Source of the DNA: Chrysomallon squamiferum
Lineage: Eukaryota; Animalia; Mollusca
DNA length: 64,000 nt
Assembly (NCBI GenBank): GCA_012295275.1
Contig: CM022667.1
Span: forward strand, 6,944,001 to 7,008,000
Direction of reading: 5' to 3'
Position 1 is the first letter of the stretch; each line of letters starts with the position of its first letter. This document shows positions 36,206-54,813 of the stretch, piece by piece. The notes beneath the pieces are model-generated. The model was not told the origin of the DNA and did not search any database. It saw only the letters and a program-made list of their open reading frames with translations. Position numbers and translations under genes: made by a program.

Positions 36206-36579
36206 GTTTTCCAGTGATTATGTTTGGCAAACCAGAGGGTGAGTCTTTCACATTGTCCTGCTTAGTAACAAATGCTTCTCGTTTTGAAGAGGTTGTACAA
36301 ATTCGCAGAAAATATGACGAAAACCCTAACCTTCTGTTCACTCCAACAGTCGAAAGGTTGTCACGTTCTGAGAAAAGCGCGCGCGGGTTACACGGCAGTG
36401 TGTGGGGAAGGGACGTCCAGCAGTGTGTGGGGAAGGGACGTCCAGCAGTGTGTGGGGAAGGGACGTCCAGCAGGTCCTCACGTACGAAGGTTTACAGTCT
36501 GAAGATCAACAAAGTTCGTCGTGAGGCTATCACACATTGTCGTTTACAAGATCAGCAACATTTACCAGCTGAAATCTGA
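36206..36579 (+). pseudogene. Degenerate Ig-like exon (Ig gene 2)
   Basis: After the acceptor cgcag it reads FTLSCLVTNA...VYSLKINKV. The middle homologous segment (CSLQQSKGCHV...GYTAVCGEGT) lies in another frame. It contains a 25-bp triplication at 36396-36470, the WWC motif is lost, and it ends in an in-exon stop. Confidence 0.6.
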
Positions 36580-36604
36580 CCTGAAACCATGTAATTTTAA
36601 TTTA

Positions 36605-36686
<82 letters not shown>

Positions 36687-37770
36687 TTTATTATTGATTC
36701 TCTGTATTTAGAGGTACAGTGGTACGTGTCTTTAGCGGCCTCCGAGATGAGCGGCCACTTTTATGTCCGACTGTTTTTCAGTGGTTGTCCAGCAGGAGTG
36801 TCCGTCAGACAAGCAGACACCTACTGAACGCGGACGTTTTCTGGAAAATATTATAAATTTAGCAGCTTTAAAGATGAAGTCCCCCATTTCCTGAACGGCG
36901 CAGAGCATGCTGGGAGATTTGTTTCTGTCGAACCGCAATCACCAAAACGGGCGAAATCAACCAGACTGGGACATAACTGTGATAAAGCGAACGTTCAACA
37001 TGAGTCCTTGCTTATTTGTTTTACGAACAGCGAGTCCCAGCGGACTTTTCAGGAAAAGATGGTACGACTGGTACAAGTCGGAGCTCTGTTTCGATTATAT
37101 ATCTAAATATATCTAAATATATTTTATGGTTATTAAGAATTTCATCCGTCATTGAACTCGATATGTTTGAAACTGTGTTTTAGGAGAAAGCCGTGATGAT
37201 TTATGTTTGTTGTGGTGAATGTGAAGAAAGATCGTAAATATCTTCGAACACCTGTGTAATTGTTGTCCCTCTGATAAGGGACACCTGCGATGTAGGGACA
37301 CTTTTGCTTGGCCCAAGAGGTGTCCCTACAAACAGGTATCACTCTAAAAATCATGAAATCTGACGTGAAAACATGTAAGATTTCTTTTCAAATTCTCTTT
37401 ATTAATAACTGATGCTAAAGATAGGAATATAATATTAATTTAAAACAAAATAAAATAGATAAATAATAACAGTTTGATATATATTTGTTTTGATATATTC
37501 AATGTTTTAAACTTATTTTTTGAAATTAATATTATTTATTTATTTATTTATTTATTTAATTTTTATTTAATTTAATTTAATTTTATTTTATATTATTTTA
37601 TTATTATTATTTTTGTCACCGTGACACCAGTAAACAGGACAACCGTAACTGATTAATTGCTATTTAATTCATACTTGCTTAAAACTAAGAAATTTTTATT
37701 ATAACAGTACATCAGTGAGATAAACAGTACAGTTATGTACATATTTTGTATTCTATATTCTTTATCTCAG

Positions 37771-37837
37771 CATGTACACCTGCTGTCTACTGTAAACACG
37801 CAGCAACCTGGATGATGATGGGATGTATTGTATTAAC
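37771..37837 (+). CDS. Hydrophobic-tail exon of the upstream Ig gene(s)
   Basis: ag|...CTPAVYCKHAATWMMMGCIVL..|gtgagt, phase 1 to phase 2, followed by (CT)n. Phases, GCI motif and flank match exon 43787-43850. Confidence 0.5.
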
Positions 37838-37859
37838 GTGAGTAACTACCAATAACAAT

Positions 37860-37932
<73 letters not shown>

Positions 37933-37958
37933 GTGTGTGTGTGTGTTGTATTAACGTG

Positions 37959-38001
<43 letters not shown>

Positions 38002-39769
38002 CTATAATAGTAATAATCAGGGTTCGTATGCGTTTTGGAAATTCTTGGAATGTTTTGGAAATTCCACACGTTTTGCTGGACCTTACATGTTTAGAAAAAT
38101 CAGGTTTCGTTACCATGGCTATGGAAAAGAATGTCCTTGCCATAAACAAAATGTAGGAAAAACTCGTTTTTCTCACTAATATTTAACCCCGACCCAACAC
38201 CAATATAATGAAGCGCTGTTATAGCCTAGCCAGCGGTCCAGTGGTCAAATGTGTATCCTTTTTTTGTTGATTTTTTTGTTTTTTTTGTTTTTGCGACTTT
38301 TGTGGATGAATTGTTCGTTAATAGACTTGTTCTTGTTTATAATAGCTATATTCTTAAGAAACTTGTAATATAGATATTTAACTCATTAAGTATCTACTAT
38401 TTACGATTACACTTGTTTGTTTGGTTTTGCAATTTAAGACAGAAATAAACAAGACTTATTATAAACCGCCCCCTCCGAAAAGAAAAAAAAAAGTTGCGAG
38501 TTATTTTCTGAAAAATACGTTTATGTAGGTTTTTACAGGTAAATGTAAACCCATCACAATTATATATGCAGGTGAAATGCTTTAATACACCAGTTTTAAT
38601 TTTTCACATTGTATTTAAATGGAGATCACGTGAAAACCGGCACGTCTGTGTGTTGGAGGTGACATCTTCGAGCCTCACCTTATATTTTGTATAGTCTAGC
38701 GTTACAAGGGTTGGGTGGCTCTTTAATTTGGACAACGTTTGAACGGTCACTTAGCGTTAGTTTTATTTTTCATTTCCTGCAGATCTGTCTTACGTATCAT
38801 TATAGTCATGTTCATACCAAGAATACAACCGTTTTAAAGTGCGAAAATAAATTGCATTAATTTTTATTACTAATAATCCTGGTTTTGGCAATTTGCTAAA
38901 GGCCAGAAAATAATTATCTGGGAAATGGACGTGACATTTTTGTGAGCTAAAGGTAGATCATGTGATAGTAACATTTTTACAAATAGTATTCCTCAGCATA
39001 AACAACAATTAAAATTAAAAACCTCAGATAGGGGACAAAATGAACCACTACGTGAACATCAGCCTGTGTTAGTGCTGCATCCAAAGCAAATGTTCTCTAC
39101 AGGGGCTCTGCAGCTTATCTGTTAGTGTAAAATGATTTGTGTTTAACTTTTTAAATAATAATTATCAACCCTTCCACCGTTTTCAGTGTTTACCTGTTAG
39201 TGGCGAAATGACAAGTGATGCTGAGGATCAAACTGAAAAGCTTTCTTCAGTCGAGAAATTCTCTTGATGTGAGCATGTTTAAATTTTCTAAATACCCCTG
39301 CAGGATAAGTATGTTACTTTTATTCGTAAAATCAGTTTATAAAACCTTTGTAAATGACATTTCTTACTGGCATCCATAATTTTCATGAAAATAGCGGACA
39401 TGTGATGTTAGAAAGGTCTTTTTAGCAATAATAGTTGTTTCAACAATTTCAAATAAGAAAGTAGGATTTTTGTAAGAAAAATTTGGTATTTTTCAAATAA
39501 ACCTGCAAAAGAAAGAGCTTCACAACATCTCAGAACTAGCCAAAGATATCAACTGAAGATGCTTAGTGCTGTTCTCATTTGACCTCAGTAAAACAGAATG
39601 TTAATGCAACATTTACAGACGTGTTTTGTACTGAAGTATGCTCACAGATGTGTCGTGTCGATTTGCTGACGATGAAATTCAAGAAGAAATGACTGAATCA
39701 AAGTGTAATTAAGAAGCAGAAAACACATTTTAAAAGGATGGGGGAAATGTGAATTAATGAAATTAAAAC

Positions 39770-39810
<41 letters not shown>

Positions 39811-40619
39811 GATTCAAAAGGCTTTTACTTACAGGTACATTCTGAAAAGGATAGTGTATTTCATGTTTTCTTGCATCATATGTTACATAAAGTAGATTTA
39901 GTTCTCTAACAAAATCTAATATAAAGAGAAACAGAACTGACAAGTTTTCAAGAAGGGATACTGGGTTTAGATTATATAGCATCAAACATTAATCAGTTAG
40001 CAACTAAATTTCAAGGGCATAATTCACTTGCAATGAAAATCTAGTGGTAAGTTAAGTGCTTAAGCTATTATGTATTTATTTATTTGTCATTTTACTTTAG
40101 GATAGTGCCGTGTTCAGTCATTTATACTGTCAATGGGGCTCTGACCCGCAAAACGTTGACATAATCTGATGTAAAACACAACTTGAAAAACTTCCAATCC
40201 ACATTAATAAACAAGTAAATCTGTCTACTACTACTACTATAACCACCATTACAATCACTACTACTGCTACTACCACTGTTTTTACTAGCAACATGACCAC
40301 AACCACTACTACTAATATTATTGCTGCTACTAAGACAACCACTATTACAATCACCACTAATACTAGTACCACTTTGAAAACCACAACTGCTACTCTACTA
40401 CTACTATTGCTATTACAACTGCTACTACCTCTACCACTAATTGTTGACCATTGACTGACTAAGACAGCTGGGTCTTCGAAGAATTTGTATTAAGTTTTTA
40501 AACTGTTCTTTCTTGTCTTAAAATAACAACTATTACGACAATGACATTATCAAAGCATCAGGAACAAAAACAACACCAACAACAACAGCAGTAACAATAA
40601 AGAAAAAAAGGAAATGATT

Positions 40620-41718
40620 TTCTGATTAGTTCAGCCAAAATATGTTAACTGTTTACGTTTTTCATTAGTTCAGGTATATGTTAATTGTTTACATGTTTCT
40701 GATCACTTCAGTTATATGTTAACTATTACAGGTTTCTGATCAGTTACAATAAGTTAACTGTTTACTTGTTTCTGGTCAGATCAGTTATAATATGTTAAAT
40801 GTTTACATGTTTCTGATCCGATCAGTTACAATATATTAACTGTTTACATGTTTCTCATCAGTTCATTAACAATATGTTAACCGTTTACATGTTTCTGATC
40901 AGATTAGTTACAATGTGTTAACTCTTTACATGTTTGTGATCAGTCCATTTACAATCTGTTAACTGTTTACATGTTTCTGATCAGATCGGTTACAATGTGT
41001 TAACTGTTTACATGTTTCTGATCAGTTCAGTTTTAATATGTTAACTGTCTAAATGTTTCTCATCAGTTCAATTATATCTTAATTGTTTACGTTTGTGATC
41101 AGTTCAGTTACAACATGTTAACTGTTTACATGTTTCTGATCAGATCAGTTACAATGTGTTAACTGTTTACATGTTTCTGATTAGTTCAGTTATAATATGT
41201 TAACTGTTTACATGTTTCTGATTAGTTCAGTTACAATGTGTTAACTGTTTACATGTTTCTGATCAGATCAGTTACAATATGTTAACTGTTTACATGTTTC
41301 TGATTAGTTCAGTTATAATATGTTAACTGTTTACATGTTTCTGATCAGATCAGTTATCATGTTAACTGTTTACATGTTTCTGATCAGATCAGTTACAATA
41401 TGTTAACTGTTTACATGTTTCTGATTAGTTCAGTTATAATATGTTAACTGTTTACATGTTTCTGATCAGATCAGTTACAATGTGTTAACTGTTTACATGT
41501 TTCTGATCAGATCAGTTATCATGTTAACTGTTTACATGTTTCTGATCCGTTGAGTTAAATGTTAACTGTTACAGGTTTCTGATCAGTTACAATATGTTAA
41601 ATGTTTACATGTTTCTGATTAGTTCAGTTACAATATCTTAACTGTTTACATGTTTCTGATCAGATCAGTTACAATGTGTTAACTGTTTACATGTTTCTGA
41701 TCAGTTCAGTTATAATAT
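40620..41718. repeat. About 41-bp minisatellite upstream of Ig copy A (shorter counterpart at 51008-51450)
   Basis: tgttaactgtttacatgtttctgatcag(a/t)tcagttacaata repeated over about 1.1 kb. Confidence 0.92.
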
Positions 41719-42110
41719 GCCTGTATACAAATTTCTAATTGAGTCATTTATCACTGTGTTCATATCTTGTTAAATTATTTCCAGCATCTCAATTTTCATT
41801 GATTACACTAAACTGTTTTCATTAAAGAAGTCTCCTATTACTTTAAGAACATTTTAATTATATTTTTATTGATGATTTTATTAATTTACTTTATTATTCT
41901 TCTGATTATTATTATTATTATTAATTTATTTTTTCCTTCTGTTTGCTTCATTTTAGTTATAGTGGTAGAATTTAAGTGTAGTGTAGGAATGTACGTATGA
42001 CGTCATACAGATGAAATTGTCTATTTCAGTTTTGAACAGAGCGTTAAAAGATCAATATTTTCCTTTTTCTTTTGGCTATTAAAACATCGGGTTTTTTTTC
42101 TACAGAGAAG

Positions 42111-44058
<1,948 letters not shown>

Positions 44059-45067
44059 AGAGGAAAATGATGTTTTCACAGCAGATATTCCATTTCCCTT
44101 TTTTCTAAGATGATTATTTTTAATTGAAGCTATGACGATAAATCAAACAAAATACTCACAATGAAAATAATATTTATGAAATTCATTAACACACACACTG
44201 TGATACACATGAAAATAATGCTTATGAAATTCATTAACACACACACTGTGTACACATGACAATAATATTTATGAAATTCATTAACACACACACTGTGTAC
44301 ACATGAAAATAATGCTTATGAAATTCATTAACACACACACTGTGATACACATACATAAAACACATATATACACACGTATGAAAAATAATATTAAAAAATG
44401 GCAGGTTTTAACAAATGGAAACTTTCTGATTTAGAATTATCCTTGCTGTGTTTCAATTATATGTCCCTGTAAGATTTTGATTTTTTTTTTCTTTATTGTA
44501 GTCAATAAAAGAATTGAATAGTTTTCAATAAATTACATTTTAAAAAATTAAATTTTAACAGTTTGTAATGATGATTCTTTGGGACATTTTCATATGGCTT
44601 CCAAGATTCAGTTAATCAAATTTGGACAAAATGAGCACAAAAAGACATGAAACGAAGCTTGTTTTAGACTTTGTATCATGTTTAACACCACACAAAGGCT
44701 CTCCCTCACGAGAGATTTCCTACTGTTGACGTTGCCAAATATATATTTTGTATGTTTTTCAGTGTTTGTACCTTTCTGCATTCTATTCTGCAATAACAGA
44801 ACGGAGGAAATTCGTTCTGCCGAATATTACTAAGCTGATACTGCAAATACACATACTCGTTTTTATTTATTCTGAATAAAATGAAATACAAATGAGTAGA
44901 CACGCTATCTTGTTTTGGACCTATACTAAAGTGACGATTGACCGACCTGCGGGAACGAGACACACTGAGACTGAGACAAAGCAGACGTGTATAGTTTATT
45001 ATAAGTCATGTTTAAGAGATGTATAGTTGAATCTTAAACAAGCTGTTTTTCTTCAGTTAAATATAAA

Positions 45068-45636
45068 TCAAGATTCATACGTGTACAGTGAATTATATTT
45101 CAGAGATTTGGGAATGTACAAACAACTTGTGTTGTGTTCCCACAGTTCCAAGTCATCGTCACACTGTTTGCTCCACCTCAGAGTATTAACATCAAACTTG
45201 TCTACACTTCTGCATTTCTGTCTGTATTTCCCGTTACGCCAGCCGCCAATAACGTACACTTCGCTGTTCAGCAGTGTGTAGGTTGCATACAGTCGACACT
45301 CGTTCAGAGATGCAACCGTTTGCCACACCATACTATCGATGTCGTAGCAGTCTATGGACGATGCCAGGACCCTCTGTCGTGTGTTGGGGTCACAGTACCA
45401 GCCTCCAATAACGAAAATCTTCCTATCATGTGCAAACATGGCATGGTCAGCTCGTGCTACGAGCAGAGAAGAGCCTCGTTCCCATTGGTTACTACTGAGT
45501 TGAAGCACCAGACGTCATCAAGGACATCTTCATCCTCCTGGAAACCACCAGAAATATAGAGTCGATTGTTGTGAGTTGTACCTGCATGTTGCGTCCCTAC
45601 TTCCTGGCAGAGGTTCAATGTTTTCCCATTTGTCAG
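45068..45636 (-). CDS. Third, partial copy of the Kelch terminal exon, truncated by the gap
   Basis: Reverse complement of about 61991-62560 (...QWERGSSLLVARADHAM...WEHNTSCLYIPKSLKYNSLYTYES*), with one small indel near 45497. Confidence 0.8.
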
Positions 45637-45836
45637 NNNNNNNNNNNNNNNNNNNNNNNNNNNNNNNNNNNNNNNNNNNNNNNNNNNNNNNNNNNNNNNN
45701 NNNNNNNNNNNNNNNNNNNNNNNNNNNNNNNNNNNNNNNNNNNNNNNNNNNNNNNNNNNNNNNNNNNNNNNNNNNNNNNNNNNNNNNNNNNNNNNNNNNN
45801 NNNNNNNNNNNNNNNNNNNNNNNNNNNNNNNNNNNN
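45637..45836. other. Scaffold gap (200 N)
   Basis: Run of n characters of round length. Confidence 1.
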
Positions 45837-46336
45837 GTGTACCTCAACATTCTCCAAACTAACAATAATGGGAACAAAACCAATTTTAGAAGATTGGACC
45901 AGTAGTTCCCTTTACATGAGGGTTCAAAAAGTTGGTCGTACGCCCGTTTGGTGAAAATTCAAAGGGCGGAGGGGATCTCTCCACATCACTGGTCCGATTG
46001 GTCCCGATCAACAAGTATACTAAGTTTCATAAAATCTTGAGATTGTCGGGTTTAACCCATTGTGATTTGAAACGGAACGAACCATTATTAGTATCATTAT
46101 TATTACATTCTATACTGGTGTTGCTTTCATTCTCTTGTTATTTTTATCAGTAATAGTATTATTACATTGTATATTGTTGCTGTTTATCATTCTTCTTTGA
46201 TATTTTTATCAGTAAGAGTATTATTACATTGTATATTGTTGTTGGTTTCATTTTTCTTATTTTTTATCAGTACAGTATTATTGTTAAAGTTATTGTTATT
46301 GTTGTTGTCCTTTTGTTGTTATTATTATTATTTCAG

Positions 46337-47869
46337 ACAATGTGGTTGATGTCCTTGCTGCCGCTAGTCACACACTCAGATAGTGCCTGTCATCACAGCT
46401 CAGAAGATACCCTCAAGAACACCTGTTCTCAACAACTGTGTTGACATAGCCAACGTTGCAGAGTTGTATTCCTTTTGAAGCCACTTGAGCAGTTTGTCTT
46501 CCAGTTTATGTGTAAAAACTGGCTCATTTTGTCCAAGTCTTGTGACTTTCACCGACTACGACAATCCCAGCTTATTACGATTCTCAGTTCAGGTTTCCGT
46601 CGACTGCAGAGAGGTTGATGTTTTTCTTTCACTCCCTCTACTGGGTTGATCATGACGCTGAGACAAGGATGGACTCAACTTTACAATTACTGAACCAAGT
46701 ATTATTTGAAAATATCAGTGTGCTGGATATGAAATTGTGCTAGTAGCAAACGTGTGTTTCTAAACGTATGTTCTAAAGTACCAAGTCTTTCAAATATGGT
46801 AAATTCTCTGATCATGACAGCAGATTGTAGCAAAACACTACGCACTCGCAGATTCATCTACTTACAGTTTAGCAAGGAACACTGTTCCAGGACTAAACAA
46901 TCTACGTGGATACGAACAGACGGTGTTAGTATCCGGTGGCTTCAGTAATGAGAGAGTGGGACGACTAGCAGTATTTGGTTTCTGGACAAGTTCACCTCTT
47001 CTCTTAAATGCCTGACCAAAATACCTCATGTGGACCAGTGTAACTTTGGCATGGCCACACATAACAACAAACTGTACATTGTAGGTGGATGTTTCAATGA
47101 TCAGATGCAGGAAGTTATTCATCCTTTGGATTCTGCTACGATCCTAAAGAGGACAGATGGCAGAGCATTGCTCAGATGACCCAGGAGCGATGTCGTTTTG
47201 TGCTAGGAGTGGCAGAGAACAACTCCATGCAATAGGAGGGGATCCATATGCATCAGACATTCAACTGCAGGGTGCTCCTGTGAGCGGTATGATCCAGATA
47301 CTGACAAATGGGAAAACATTGAACCTCTGCCAGGAAGTAGGACGCAACATGCAGGTACAACTCACAACAATCGACTCTATATTTCTGGTGGTTTCCAGGA
47401 GGATGAAGATGTCCTTGATGACGTCTGGTGCTTCAACTCGAGTAGTAACCAATGGGAACGAGGCTCTTCTCTGCTCGTAGCACGAGCTGACCATGCCATG
47501 TTTGCACATGATAGGAAGATTTTCGTTATTGAGGCTGGTACTGTGACCCCAACACACGACAGAGGGTCCTGGCATCGTCCATGAGACTGCTACGACATCG
47601 ATAGTATGGTGTGGCAAACGGTTGCATCTCTGAACGAGTGTCGACTGTATGCAACCTACACACTGCTGAACAGCGAAGTGTACGTTATTGGCGGCTGGCG
47701 TAACGGGAAATACAGACAGAAATGCAGAAGTGTAGACAAGTTTGATGTTAATACTCTGAGGTGGAGCAAACAGTGTGACGATGACTTGGAACTGTGGGAA
47801 CACAACACAAGTTGTTTGTACATTCCAAAATCTCTGAAATATAATTCACTGTACACGTATGAATCTTGA
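46337..47869 (+). pseudogene. Second copy of the Kelch terminal exon with numerous indels (pseudogene or poorly polished contig end)
   Basis: Collinear with 61027-62560 but with many 1-3 nt indels that are densest near the gap. Confidence 0.7.
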
Positions 47870-48670
47870 TTCATATTTAACTGAAGAAAAAAACTTGTTT
47901 AAGATTCAACTATACATCTCTTAAACATGACTTATAATAAACTATACACGCCTTTGCTTTGCTCAGTCTCAGTGTGTCGTTCCCGCAGTCGGTCAATCGT
48001 CACTTTAGTATAGGTCCAAAACAAGATAGCGTGTCTACTCATTTGTATTTTATTTTATTCAGAATAAATAAAACGAGTATGTGTATTTGCAGTATCAGCT
48101 TAGTAATATTCGGCAGAACGAATTTCCTCCGTTCTGTTATTGCAGAATAGAATGCAGAAAGGTACAAACACTGAAAAACATACAAAATATATATTTGGCA
48201 ACGTCAAGGCAAATCAGATAGTGTGCTCATTTTGTCCAAATTTGTTTAACTGAATCTTGGAAGCCATATGAAAATGTCCCAAAGAATCATCATTACAAAC
48301 TGTTAAAATTTAATTTTTAAAATGTAATTTATTGAAAACTATTCAATTCTTTTTATTGACTACAATAAAGAAAAAAAAAAAAAATCAAAATCTTACAGGG
48401 ACATATAATTGAAACACAGCAAGGATAATTCTAAATCAGAAAGTTTCCATTTATTAAAACCTGCCATTTTTTAATATTATTTTTCATACGTGTGTATATA
48501 TGTGTTTTATGTATGTGTATCACAGTGTGTGTGTTAATGAATTTCATAAATATTATTTTCATTGTGAGTATTGTGTTTGATTTATCGTCATAGCTTCAGT
48601 TAAAAAATAATCATCTTAATGAAAAAGGAAATGGAATATCTGCTGTGAAAACATCATTTTCCTCTTATTT

Positions 48671-50616
<1,946 letters not shown>

Positions 50617-52280
50617 CTTCTCTGTAGAAAAAAACCGATGTTTTAATAGCCAAAAGAAAAAGGAAAATATTGATCTTTTAACGCTCTGTTCAAAACTGAA
50701 ATAGACAATTTCATCTGTATGACGTCATACGTACATTCCTACACTACACTTAAATTCTACCACTATAACTAAAATGAAGCAAACAGAAGGAAAAAATAAA
50801 TTAATAATAATAATAATAATCAGAAGAATAATAAAGTAAATTAATAAAATCATCAATAAAAAATATAATTAAAATGTTCTTAAAGTAATAGGAGACTTCT
50901 TTAATGAAAACAGTTTAGTGTAATCAATGAAAATTGAGATGCTGGAAATAATTTAACAAGATATGAACACAGTGATAAATGACTCAATTAGAAATTTGTA
51001 TACAGGCATATTATAACTGAACTGATCAGAAACATGTAAACAGTTACCACATTGTAACTGATCTGATCAGAAACATGTAAACAGTTAACATATTATAACT
51101 GAACTGATCAGAAACATGTAAACAGTTACCACATTGTAACTGATCTGATCAGAAACATGTAAACAGTTAAGATACTGTAACTGAACTGATGAGAAACATG
51201 TAAACAGTTAACATATTATAACTGAACTGATCAGAAACATGTAAACAGTTAACACATTGTAACTGATCTGATCAGAAACATGTAAACAGTTAAGATATTG
51301 TAACTGAACTGATCAGAAACATGTAAACAGTTAACATATTATAACTGAACTGATCAGAAACATGTAAACAGTTAACATATTGTAACTGATCAGAAACCTG
51401 TAACAGTTAACATATAACTCAACGGATCAGAAACATGTAAACATGTAACTGAACTAAAGAAAAAATGATCAGAAAATCATTTCCTTTTTTGTTTATTGTT
51501 ATTGCTGATGTTGTTGTTGTTGTTTTTGTTCTTGTTGCTTTGATAATGTCATTGTCGTAATAGTTGTTATTTTAAGACAAGAAAGAACAGTTTAAAAACT
51601 TAATACAAATTCTTCGAAGACGCAGATGTCTTAGTCAGTCAATGGTCAACAATTAGTGGTAGAGGTAGTAGCAGTTGTAATAGCAATAGTAGTAGTAGAG
51701 TAGCAGTTGTGGTTTTCAAAGTGGTACTAGTATTAGTGGTGATTGTAATAGTGGTTGTCTTAGTAGCAGCAATAATATTAGTAGTAGTGGTTGTGGTCAT
51801 GTTGCTAGTAAAAACAGTGGTAGTAGCAGTAGTAGTGATTGAAATGGTGGTTATAGTAGTAGTAGTAGACACATTTACTTGTTTATTAATGTGGATTGGA
51901 AGTTTTTCAAGTTGTGTTTTACATCAGATTATGTCAATGTCTTGCGGGTCAGAGCCCCATTGACAGTATAAATGATTGAAAACGGCACTATCCTAAAGTA
52001 AAATGACAAATAAATAAATACATAATAGCTTAAGCACAACTTACCACTAGCTTTTCATTGCAAGTGAATTATGCCCTTGAAATTTAGTTGCTAACTGATT
52101 AATGTTTGATGCTATATAATCTAAACCCAGTATCCCTTCTTTAAAACTTGTCAGTTCTGTTTCTCTTTATATTAGATTTTGTTAGAGAACTAAATCTACT
52201 TTATGTAACATATGATGCAAGAAAACATGAAATACACTATCCTTTTCAGAATGTACCTGTAAGTAAAAGCCTTTTGAATC

Positions 52281-52338
<58 letters not shown>

Positions 52339-52469
52339 TTAATTTCATTAATTCACATTTCCCTCATCTTTTTAAAATGTGTTTTCTGCTTCTTAATTAC
52401 ACTTTGATTCAGTCATTTCTTCTTGAATTTGTTCGTCAGCAAATCGACACGACACATCTGTGAGCATAC

Positions 52470-52893
52470 TTCAGTACAAAACACGTCTGTAAATGTTGCA
52501 TTAACATTCTGTTTTATTCAGTACAAAACACGTCTGTAAATGTCGCATTAACATTCTGTTTTATTCAGTACAAAACACGTCTGTAAATGTCGCATTAACA
52601 TTCTGTTTTATTCAGTACAAAACACGTCTGTAAATGTTGCATTAACATTCTGTTTTATTCAGTACAAAACACGTCTGTAAATGTTGCATTAACATTCTGT
52701 TTTATTCAGTACAAAACACGTCTGTAAATGTTGCATTAACATTCTGTTTTATTCAGTACAAAACACGTCTGTAAATGTTGCATTAACATTCTGTTTTATT
52801 CAGTACAAAACACGTCTGTAAATGTTGCATTAACATTCTGTTTTATTCAGTACAAAACACGTCTGTAAATGTTGCATTAACATTCTGTTTTAC
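52470..52893. repeat. 47-bp tandem repeat x9
   Basis: cagtacaaaacacgtctgtaaatgttgcattaacattctgttttatt starting at 52472, 52519 ... 52848. Confidence 0.92.
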
Positions 52894-54570
52894 TGAGGTC
52901 AAATGAGAACAGCACTAAGCATCTTCAGTTGATATCTTTGGCTAGTTCTGAGATGTTGTGAAGCTCTTTCTTTTGCAGGTTTATTTGAAAAATACCAAAT
53001 TTTTCTTTCAAAAATCCTACTTGAAACAACTATTATTGCTAAAAAGACCTTTCTAATATCACATGTCCGCTATTTTCATGAAAATTATGGATGCCAGTAA
53101 GAAATGTCATTTACAAAGGGTTTATAAACTGATTTTACGAATAAAAGTAACATACTTATCCTGCAGGGGTATTTAGAAAATTTAAACATGCTCACATCAA
53201 GAGAATTTCTCGACTGAAGAAAACTTTTCAGTTTGATCCTCAGCATCACTTGTCATTTCGCCACTAACAGGTAAACACTGAAAACGGTGGAAGGGTTGAT
53301 GATTATTATTTAAAAAGTTAAACACAAATCATTTTACACTAACAGATAAGCTGCAGAGCCCCTGTAGAGAACATTTGCTTTGGATGCAGCACTAACACAG
53401 GCTGATGTTCACGTAGTGGTTCATTTTGTCCCCTATCTGAGGTTTTTAATTTTAATTGTTGTTTATGCTGAGGAATACTATTTGTAAAAATGTTACTATC
53501 ACATGATCTACCTTTAGCTCACAAAAATGTCACGTCCATTTCCCAGATAATTATTTTCTGGCCTTTAGCAAATTGCCAAAACCATTTCGAAGCAAACTCA
53601 ATCACAACAAAGTGTGTTTTGCAGTTCTTAGGCTTTTGCCTTGACTCAGTTGCATCAAATACATGTAGGATTATTAGTAATAAAAAAAAAAAAAAGATTA
53701 ATGCAATTTATTTTCGCACTTTAAAACGGTTTTATTCTTGGTATGGACATGACTATAATGATATGTAAGACAGATCTGCAGGAAATGAAAAATAAAACTA
53801 ACGCTAAGGGACCGTTCAAACGTTGTCCAAATTAAACAGCCACCCAACCCTTGTAACGCTAGACTATACAAAATATAAGGTGAGGCTCGAAGATGTCACC
53901 TCCAACACACAGACGTGCGGGTTTTCACGTGATCTCCATTTAAATACAATGTGAAAAATTAAAACTGGTGTATGAAAGCATTTCACCTGGATATATAATT
54001 GTGATGGGTTTACATTTACCTGTAAAAACCTACATTAAGGTATTTTTCAGAAAATAACTCTCAACCTTTTTTTTTCTTTTCGGAGGGGGCGGTTTATAAT
54101 AAGTCTTGTTTATTTCTGTCTTAAATTGCAAAACCAAACAAACAAGTGTAATCGTAAATAGTAGATACTTAATGAGTTAAATATCTATATTACAAGTTTC
54201 TTAAGAATATAGCTATTATAAACAAGAACAAGTCTATTAACGAACAATTCATCCACAAAAGTCGCAAAAACAAAAAAAACAAAAAAATCAACAAAAAAAC
54301 AAGAACAAAAAACGGATACACATTTGACCACTGGACCGCTGGCTAGGCTATAACAGCGCTTCATTATATTGGTGTTGGGTCGGGGTTAAATATTAGTGAG
54401 AAAAACGAGTTTTTCCTACATTTTGTTTATGGCAAGGACATTCTTTTCCATAGCCATGGTAACGAAACCTGATTTTTCTAAACATGTAAGATCCAGCAAA
54501 ACGTGTGGAATTTCCAAAACATTCCAAGAATTTCCAAAACGCATACGAACCCTGATTATTACTATTATAG

Positions 54571-54628
<58 letters not shown>

Positions 54629-54654
54629 CACGTTAATACAACACACACACACAC

Positions 54655-54726
<72 letters not shown>

Positions 54727-54746
54727 TGTTATTGGTAGTTACTCAC

Positions 54747-54813
54747 GTTAATACAATACATCCCATCATCATCCAGGTTGCTGCGTGTTTACAGTAGACA
54801 GCAGGTGTACATG
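54747..54813 (-). pseudogene. Orphan hydrophobic-tail exon (inverted copy of 37771-37837) with no Ig exon upstream
   Basis: Reverse complement of 37771-37837. No Ig exon is visible between 54813 and 56050. Confidence 0.45.

Noticed and set aside
36715-37345. MITE-like fragments (tacagtgg..., agggacac...gtgtccct)
   Set aside because: Reminiscent of Tc1/pogo-type MITE ends, but no matching TIR pair or TSD could be delimited.
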